Shown here: positions 56,019 through 64,000 of the stretch, in pieces
How the letters are laid out: each line of letters starts with the position of its first letter
How positions within the stretch are numbered: the first letter of the stretch is position 1
NCBI GenBank assembly: GCA_964016885.1
Contig: OZ024743.1
Span: forward strand, 149,606,001-149,670,000
Source of the DNA: Eledone cirrhosa
Lineage: Eukaryota
DNA: 64,000 nucleotides
Direction of reading: 5' to 3'
Position numbers and translations under genes: made by a program
The notes under the pieces: model-generated
The model's input: the letters and a program-made list of their open reading frames with translations, nothing else
Told to the model about the DNA's origin: nothing
Databases searched by the model: none

Positions 56019-56931
56019 GTGAGGTTTTTTTACAAAATGAAAAATAACCGAGGTGTCCTACACCAGTGAAAGTATAAAGAAAAAAAGATGAAATCGAAAA
56101 TGCAACTGGAGTCTTATTTAAAAAAAAATATATATATTTATTTGGTTGAGATGGAGGATCTGTGGTTTTTCTTACAGATGTAAGAAAAACCACAGACCCA
56201 GTGTCTGTCCTTGGTGCATCAACATACGTTAACCTAGGTTTTCCTCTTCCAGTGTGGCTTTATTGTAGCACCGGCTCAGAGCAGGAGAGTTAAGCCGAAA
56301 AGGATATCGGATGCTGAATTTGCGGACGACGTAGTTTTGGTGACAAATACAGTGAAGGAGGCAGAGGATTTGATGCAAGAGGTGGAGACTGTGTCGATGA
56401 GTGTGGGACTGAGAATGAATGAGACTAAAACAAAATATCTGGTAGAGAATGTTGAGAAGCCAGAGGGGATCACTAATGCAGGCGGGAAGCCGCTAGAATT
56501 GGTTGAGGACTTCCTGTATTTGGTAGCAAAGATTGGGAATACGGAAGATGATGTGGTTGAGAGGAAGAGCAAAGCCTGGGCGGCGTGCCACAGCTTGAGA
56601 TCGGTGTGGAAGTCGGACCTTCGTAAAGACCTGAAAATCCGCCTCTTCATTGCTGTAGTGGAGTCTGTGCTGCTGTACGGGTCTGAGACTTGGACACTGA
56701 CCAAGAAACTCACTCAGATGGTGGATGGGTGCTACACGAGAATGCTGAGGATGGCTCTAAACATTAATCAGTATACACTGATATATATTTATATATTAGA
56801 AAGTGAGGTTTTTTTACAAAATGAAAAATAACCGGGGTGTCCTACACGAGTGAAAGTATAAAGAAAAAAAGATGAAATCGAAAATGCAACTGGTGTCTTA
56901 TTTTTAAAAATATATATATATTTATTTGGTT

Positions 56932-56969
56932 CCTTTACCCGTTTCGCAGTTCTTCTGCTTTTCAAAAGT
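56932..56969 (-). ncRNA. Hammerhead motif with U3-A8 core (family K)
   Basis: Reverse complement CTT-TTGAAAA-GCAG AAGAA CTGC-GAAA-CGGG-TA-AAG. Confidence 0.6.
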
Positions 56970-57008
56970 AGAGTTGAGATGGAGGGTCTGTGGTTTTTCT
57001 CACATATT

Positions 57009-57110
<102 letters not shown>

Positions 57111-57957
57111 CAGAACTATGTCGTCGGCAAATTCAGCCTCCGATATCTTTTTCGCCTTAACTGTCCTGCTCTGAGCCGGTGTTACAGTAAAGCCAGTGTC
57201 CTGGTATTTCTCCAGCGCAAGGCGCATAAAATAGTCCACTAAAGGGGGCAGAGGATTTGATGCAGGAGGTGGAGACTGTGTCGATAAGTGTGGGGCTGAG
57301 AATGAATGAGATGAAGACGAAGTATCTGGTAGAGAATATTAAGAAGCCATAGAAGATTACTAATGTAGGCGGGAAGCCGCTAGAATTGGGTGAGGACTTC
57401 CTGTATTTGGGAGCAAAGATTGGGAACACGGATGATGATGTGGGCGAGAGGAAGAGCAAAGCCTGGGCGGCGTGCCACAGCTTGAGATCGGTGTGGAAAT
57501 CGGATCTTCGTGGAGACCTGAAGATCCGCCTCTTTGTTGCTGTAGTGGAATCTGTGCTGCTGTACGGGTCTGAGACTTGGACACTGACCAAGAAACTCAC
57601 TCAGATGGTGGATGGGTGCTACACGAGAATGCTGAGGATGGCTCTGAACATTAATCAGTATACACTAAGGATGAAGAACTCAGAGCTGTACTGGAGCCTC
57701 CCAAAAATCAGCTCGAGAGTGGCACAGAGGAGACTGATGTAAGCTGGACATGCTCACCGACATCCAGAGTTGACGCTGCACTCAGTGGTCCCGTGGGAGC
57801 CCCTACATGGACACACTGAAGCGGATGACTGAGGTTAACATATGTTGATGTCCTAAGGACAGACACTGGTCTCTTGGAGACGCAGGACATGGCCACGACA
57901 ATGAGGGACAGAGACCGCTGGAGAGAACTCGTCCATGGATCTCGGGTATTTTACCCT

Positions 57958-58020
<63 letters not shown>

Positions 58021-58055
58021 TGTGAGAAAAACCACAGACCCTCCATCTCAACTCA

Positions 58056-58093
58056 CCTTTTGAAAAACAGAAGAACTGCGAAACTGGTAAATG
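58056..58093 (+). ncRNA. Hammerhead motif with U3-A8 core (family K)
   Basis: CCTT-TTGAAAA-ACAG AAGAA CTGC-GAAA-CTGG-TA-AATG. Confidence 0.55.
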
Positions 58094-58224
58094 AACCAAA
58101 TAAATATATATATTTAAAAAAAAAATAAGACTTCAGTTGCATTTTCGATTTCATCTCTTTTTCTTTATACTTTCACTCGTGTAGGACACCTCGGTTATTT
58201 TTCATTTTGTAAAAAAAACCTCAC

Positions 58225-58276
<52 letters not shown>

Positions 58277-58279
<3 letters not shown>

Positions 58280-58713
58280 AAAGTTCTATTTAAATTGTTG
58301 GGATACAACAAGCAAATATTTTTATAACTGATATAAAGCACTCAACAAATAATTGGAGTAAAAATACGATATTAACAAATGGAAACTATATTTATAAAAT
58401 CATATTTATTTCATTATACATATTTCAAGGACACCAAGTTAAATTATGGTGTGATTTCATCAGATAAAATATAATATAGAGCAGTTTTATAAATATTGAC
58501 ATACCCTTAAAGAATGCAACCATTACTCAGTATATACTTTATGTTACTGAGTAATGGTTGCATTCTTTAAGGGTATGTCAATATTTATAAAACTGCTCTA
58601 TATTATATTTTATCTGATGAAATCACACCATAATTTAACTTGGTGTCCTTGAAATATGTATAATGAAATAAATATGGTTTTATAAATATAGTTTCCATTT
58701 GTTAATATCGTAT
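58277..58713. mobile_element. Fold-back of two family C pLTRs: 169-bp arms 58364-58532 and 58545-58713, 12-bp spacer; hammerhead motifs 58407-58471 (-) and 58606-58670 (+)
   Basis: Near-perfect palindrome; CTGATGA..ACACCA..TGGTGT..GAAA-TATG-TA. Confidence 0.85.
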
Positions 58714-59414
58714 ATATATATGGTTGTCTCGTTGCTTTCGTTCTTGTGGCTGGGTCACCGGTCGCAGTTTTCAATTTGTCAAGCTTTCTAATGCATGTTA
58801 TTACTCTAAGGTGACACAACCTCATAGGGTGCTTTGCTGCTCATTCCTGACTGTATATTGTTAGCTTGGCCACAGCCAATATATGTATATATATATGTAT
58901 ATATATATGTATATATATATATATATATGCATATATAAAAGAAGTTAATATGCCCACGGGTACTAAGTACCCCTGGAAATATATAGGTTTTCTATGATAC
59001 AGGGTTGTTCAATGGTATTAATTTGACATACCAGAACTATAATATTGAGATAAGCAGAACAAGCAGAAATTAAACAATTTTTTTAATAAATTAAAAAATA
59101 TAATTTAAATATTTACCTACTCTCAGTTGCTCTTACCGATCGGTTTCCCTTTACAAAACATTAGAAATCCATAGGATTTCCAATGGAAAAGCAAAGTTCA
59201 TCAGAGAAGCATTTTCCTTTCCTAGGGCTAAAGTCCCAGGAACGGCAAAATATATTGCCATCTGCCAGCTAGCACAAGGTCGAGTGAGGTAGAAAAATGA
59301 CCTGTACATGAACCAGTCCGTAGCAAAAGCGGAAGTAAAACATAGACGTACATATACACATAAATATATATGTACATACATGTATATATATATATGCATA
59401 TATATATTTATGTG

Positions 59415-59489
<75 letters not shown>

Positions 59490-59495
<6 letters not shown>

Positions 59496-60617
59496 ATACT
59501 TTGGGAGGGTCATGTTGCCAATAAGAAACACACGCACCAGTTGCTTTCACTTCAATTTATTATAATAAATTTATAATAAATTTATAAATTTATAAATTTC
59601 TGGTTGGTTGGTTGGTTCCACAACCAGATAGTCGTTTATACATAGTCATAGTTCTTTCGTCACACACTCTGTGACCTCTTCAGTGACTGGGGATTCCTTT
59701 CTTTGTTTCTGTGCCTCTCCTTTGTTCTGTCCTACGCCATTTTGTTTCTGTGTGTGTGTTGTGTGCTCAGTCTGCGCATGCGCCACATCCGGGTGTCTGT
59801 GTGTGTTTATGTTCATTTATTTATTTGTTTATTTACATGTTACTGGTTGGTTGTTTGTTCTATGTGTGTGTGTGTTTTCATTTTGTCCTTAATTGTAAGT
59901 TGTGATGTTGCTGTTCCACTCATATTTTCTATTTAATTTTGGTTGTAATTCTTTTATGTTTATTGCCTCTGTAATTTGTCTAAACATTGCGTCTTTTCTG
60001 TGTGTAGATTCTATTTTTATTTCTATGTTCTCTAATTTACCCTTGTGTTCTATTTTAGCATGTTGGTAGAGTACAGATGATTCTTTACTATCTTGAAGGT
60101 CTCGCCAGTGTTCATTTATCCGTTCCCCTACACTACGAGCTGTCTCACCTATGTACACTATATTTTTGTCTCTACATTGTCCTTCAGTACATCTTATGCT
60201 ATACACTACATTTCTAGTTTTACAGTTAATATGGGGGCTTATTTTACAGGTTATATATTTCTTATCTATACATGAGGCTCTTTGAAAAGGGTATGTCTTG
60301 CTAATAAGTGTTTTTACGGAGGTACCTGGTCTTTCTACTATCTTAATATTGAGTTTATGTTTATTTAGGGCCCTTCTAAATTTGTAAGCTAATTCACCTC
60401 TAGGGGTTGTATCGATGAACATTACACTCTGGTATTTATTGCTATCATACCATGAGTTTATTCTATTAGCCTTGTTCCTAGTTCTTTCTATTCTATTCCA
60501 AAATTTGCTCCTATACAAGGGGCAGGTCCCATTTATGTCATTATTTACCATTTTTTCCCATTTGGTTCTGGCTCCTCTATACACTCTGATTTTATCTCTC
60601 TGATTGTAGCCAGAGAA
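59490..60617 (-). mobile_element. PLE 3' arm (GIY-YIG ORF 59889-60617 + pLTR), family F
   Basis: Reverse complement of ~61050-62178; ends in (AT)n. Confidence 0.93.
59644..59688 (-). ncRNA. Intact type I hammerhead motif (family F)
   Basis: Reverse complement AGTCA-CTGAAGA-G-GTCACA GAGTG TGTGAC-GAAA-GAAC-TA-TGACT. Confidence 0.85.
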
Positions 60618-60618
60618 G

Positions 60619-62238
60619 ACCCCTTAACCCTGATAATGTACTCCCGCTACGTTGATGATATAAACATCGTAGTTAAGACACCCCCACTAGAGAACAGTCA
60701 GGAACGAGAGAAAAACACAATGGAAAGCATCCACCAAATAGCAAACTCCATCCACCAGAGCATTAGAGTTACTATAGACTACCCAAGTAAACACCCCAAC
60801 CATCGATTACCTGTACTAGACACAGAGCTCTGGTTAGATACCATTAACAACAAAAAACAAATCCTCCATTCCCATTATGCCAAACCCATGACTTCCAAAC
60901 ATCTGATCCACCGAAACTCGGCCGTTTCGGACCATACCAAAATCAACATACTGATTGCGGATTTAGTACGAGTGATGAGAAATGTGTCCCGAATGTGCAA
61001 CCCCGAAGAACTAGAGAGACACATACAACACTTCATCCACCGTATGCAGTTATTTGCCTACAATCAGAGAGATAAAATCAGAGTGTATAGAGGAGCCAGA
61101 ACCAAATGGGAAAAAATGGTAAATAATGACATAAATGGGACCTGCCCCTTGTATAGGAGCAAATTTTGGAATAGAATAGAAAGAACTAGGAACAAGGCTA
61201 ATAGAATAAACTCATGGTATGATAGCAATAAATACCAGAGTGTAATGTTCATCGATACAACCCCTAGAGGTGAATTAGCTTACAAATTTAGAAGGGCCCT
61301 AAATAAACATAAACTCAATATTAAGATAGTAGAAAGACCAGGTACCTCCGTAAAAACACTTATTAGCAAGACATGCCCTTTTCAAAGAGCCTCATGTATA
61401 GATAAGAAATGTATAACCTGTAAAATAAGCCCCCATATTAACTGTAAAACTAGAAATGTAGTGTATAGCATAAGATGTACTGAAGGACAATGTAGAGACA
61501 AAAATATAGTGTACATAGGTGAGACAGCTCGTAGTGTAGGGGAACGGATAAATGAACACTGGCGAGACCTTCAAGATAGTAAAGAATCATCTGTACTCTA
61601 CCAACATGCTAAAATAGAACACAAGGGTAAATTAGAGAACATAGAAATAAAAATAGAATCTACACACAGAAAAGACGCAATGTTTAGACAAATTACAGAG
61701 GCAATAAACATAAAAGAATTACAACCAAAATTAAATAGAAAATATGAGTGGAACAGCAACATCACAACTTACAATTAAGGACAAAATGAAAACACACACA
61801 CACATAGAACAAACAACCAACCAGTAACATGTAAATAAACAAATAAATAAATGAACATAAACACACACAGACACCCGGATGTGGCGCATGCGCAGACTGA
61901 GCACACAACACACACACAGAAACAAAATGGCGTAGGACAGAAAAAAAGGAGAGGCACAGAAACAAAGAGAGGAATCCCCAGTCACTGAAGAGGTCACAGA
62001 GTGTGTGACGAAAGAACTATAACTATGTATAAACAACTATCTGGTTGTGGAACCAACCAACCAACCAGAAATTTAGAAATTTATAAATTTATTATAAATT
62101 TATTATAATAAATTGAAGTGAAAGCAACTGGTGCGTGTGTTTCTTATTGGCAACATGACCCTCCCAAAGTATAACAATATCGGTTTCAACACACGATTTC
62201 AGATAAAGAATCTTGCTAAACAAATTCAGAAACGAAAT
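60619..62238 (+). mobile_element. 5'-truncated PLE (uninterrupted ORF 60636-61778 from YVDD through GIY-YIG) + pLTR + tail
   Basis: YSRYVDD, LPVLD, CITC, NVVY..YIGETARSVGERINEH; highly similar to 18357-19910. Confidence 0.94.
61980..62024 (+). ncRNA. Hammerhead motif (family F)
   Basis: AGTCA-CTGAAGA-G-GTCACA GAGTG TGTGAC-GAAA-GAAC-TA-TAACT (one stem I mismatch). Confidence 0.8.
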
Positions 62239-62333
62239 ATATATATATATATATATACATAGATATATGTATGTATATATATATGTGTATATATACACAT
62301 AAATATATGTATTTATATATATATATATGTACA

Positions 62334-62399
<66 letters not shown>

Positions 62400-62519
62400 T
62401 GTATATATATGTACATATATGTATATATCTGTATATATATGTATATATATGTATATATATACACATAAATAAAAATATATATATGTATATGTATATATAT
62501 ATGTGTAGATATATGTAGA

Positions 62520-62596
<77 letters not shown>

Positions 62597-62660
62597 ATAT
62601 ATATATATGTGTGTACATATATGTATATATGTATATATGTACATATATATATATATATAT

Positions 62661-63208
62661 GTAGCAGCGATGAATTAGTTTTGCGAGGTTTTTTATATGA
62701 AATCGTGTGTCGAAACAAATATTGTTATACTTGGGGAGGGTCATATTCGTGTAATATTGCCAGAATTAATAACAGAACACACTCACTGTTTGGTTGGTTT
62801 TCGCTTCTCGCTTCTGTGCCTTTTATATCGGTAATCTAACTTACTCGGTCCTCAATGTTGCCATTGACTGACCGACGGTAAAAAATAATACAGATACAAT
62901 ATAGACACAAACACATATATATAGTTTATCATAAATCTTTCGTTGCACATCTGCAACATCGTCAGTGGTGCTATATTTTCCTCCTGTTGTATTGTATGTC
63001 TACGCCATTTTTATGTCTATATTGTGTCTATGTTGTATCTGTATTATTTTTGACCGTCGGTCAGTCAATGGCAGCATTGAGGACCGAGTAAGTTAGATTA
63101 CCGATATAAAAGACACAGAAGCGAGAAACGAAAACCAACCAAACAGTGAGTGTGTTCTGTTATTAATTCTGGCAATATTACACAAATATGACCCTCCCCA
63201 AGTATAAC
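62661..63208. mobile_element. Fold-back of PLE-related ends: arms ~62724-62910 and ~63022-63208
   Basis: Reverse-complement arms, both ending in ATGACCCTCCCCAAGTATAAC; (AT)n on both sides. Confidence 0.85.
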
Positions 63209-63303
63209 TATATATATGTAGATATATGTATATATATATACAGTATATGTACATATATATGTGTACATATATGTATATATGTATTTATGTATATATGTAC
63301 ATG

Positions 63304-63354
<51 letters not shown>

Positions 63355-63638
63355 ATATGTATATATATGTATATATATACATATATGTGTACATATATGT
63401 ATATATGTACACATATATATGTATATATGTATATATGTACACACACATATATATATATGTACATATATGTATATATGTATATATGTACACACACATATAT
63501 ATATATGTACATATATGTATATATATATATATATGTACATATATGTATATATATATATATGTACATATATGTATATATATACATATGTATATATGTATAT
63601 ATGTACACATATATATATATATATGTACATATATGTAA

Positions 63639-63669
<31 letters not shown>

Positions 63670-63880
63670 CATATATATATATATGTATATATGTATATAT
63701 ATGTATATATGTATATATATGTATATATGTATATATATGTATATATGTACATATATGTATATATATATGTATATATATGTATATATGTACATATATGTAT
63801 ATATATATATACATATATATTATATATATATATGTACATATGTACATATGTATATATATATGTACATACGTATATATGTA

Positions 63881-63922
<42 letters not shown>

Positions 63923-63924
<2 letters not shown>

Positions 63925-64000
63925 AATGTAAGTATGCATGTATACGTACATACATATATGTATACAGACGTACAGTAGCATGCACATATATATATATATA
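63923..64000 (-). mobile_element. Tail of a third family H copy
   Basis: GTATACGTACATACATATATGTATACAGACG matches ~45453-45483. Confidence 0.5.

Noticed and set aside
63070-63115. TTGAGGA..GATA as a hammerhead in the 62.7-63.2 kb fold-back
   Set aside because: No GAAA and no stem I pairing.

Overview
AT-rich eukaryotic DNA made almost entirely of transposable elements and (AT)n/(CA)n/(CT)n microsatellites. No host protein-coding, rRNA or tRNA gene can be supported. The SINEs resemble, from memory, octopod cephalopod SINEs (inference). Contents: (1) Penelope-like elements (PLEs; RT + C-terminal GIY-YIG) of about three lineages, tentatively Nematis-, Hydra- and Neptune-like; (2) many solo or inverted pseudo-LTRs that together carry about 20 minimal type I hammerhead ribozyme (HHR) motifs from about 11 sequence families, including U3-A8 and U4C core variants; (3) two tandem decayed RepHel Helitrons plus non-autonomous ones; (4) several RTE-clade LINEs, one full-length with a TSD and unusually GC-rich, and a CR1-group fragment; (5) SINEs and MITEs. 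The most striking pattern is that most HHR-bearing ends abut (AT)n tracts. In addition, the 3' tail of the main PLE family and its relatives reads as a conserved, codon-constrained ORF start (MTLPKYNNI...), which implies a tandem or circular RNA template primed on (AT)n. Boundaries were read by eye and are approximate unless a TSD or terminal motif is quoted.
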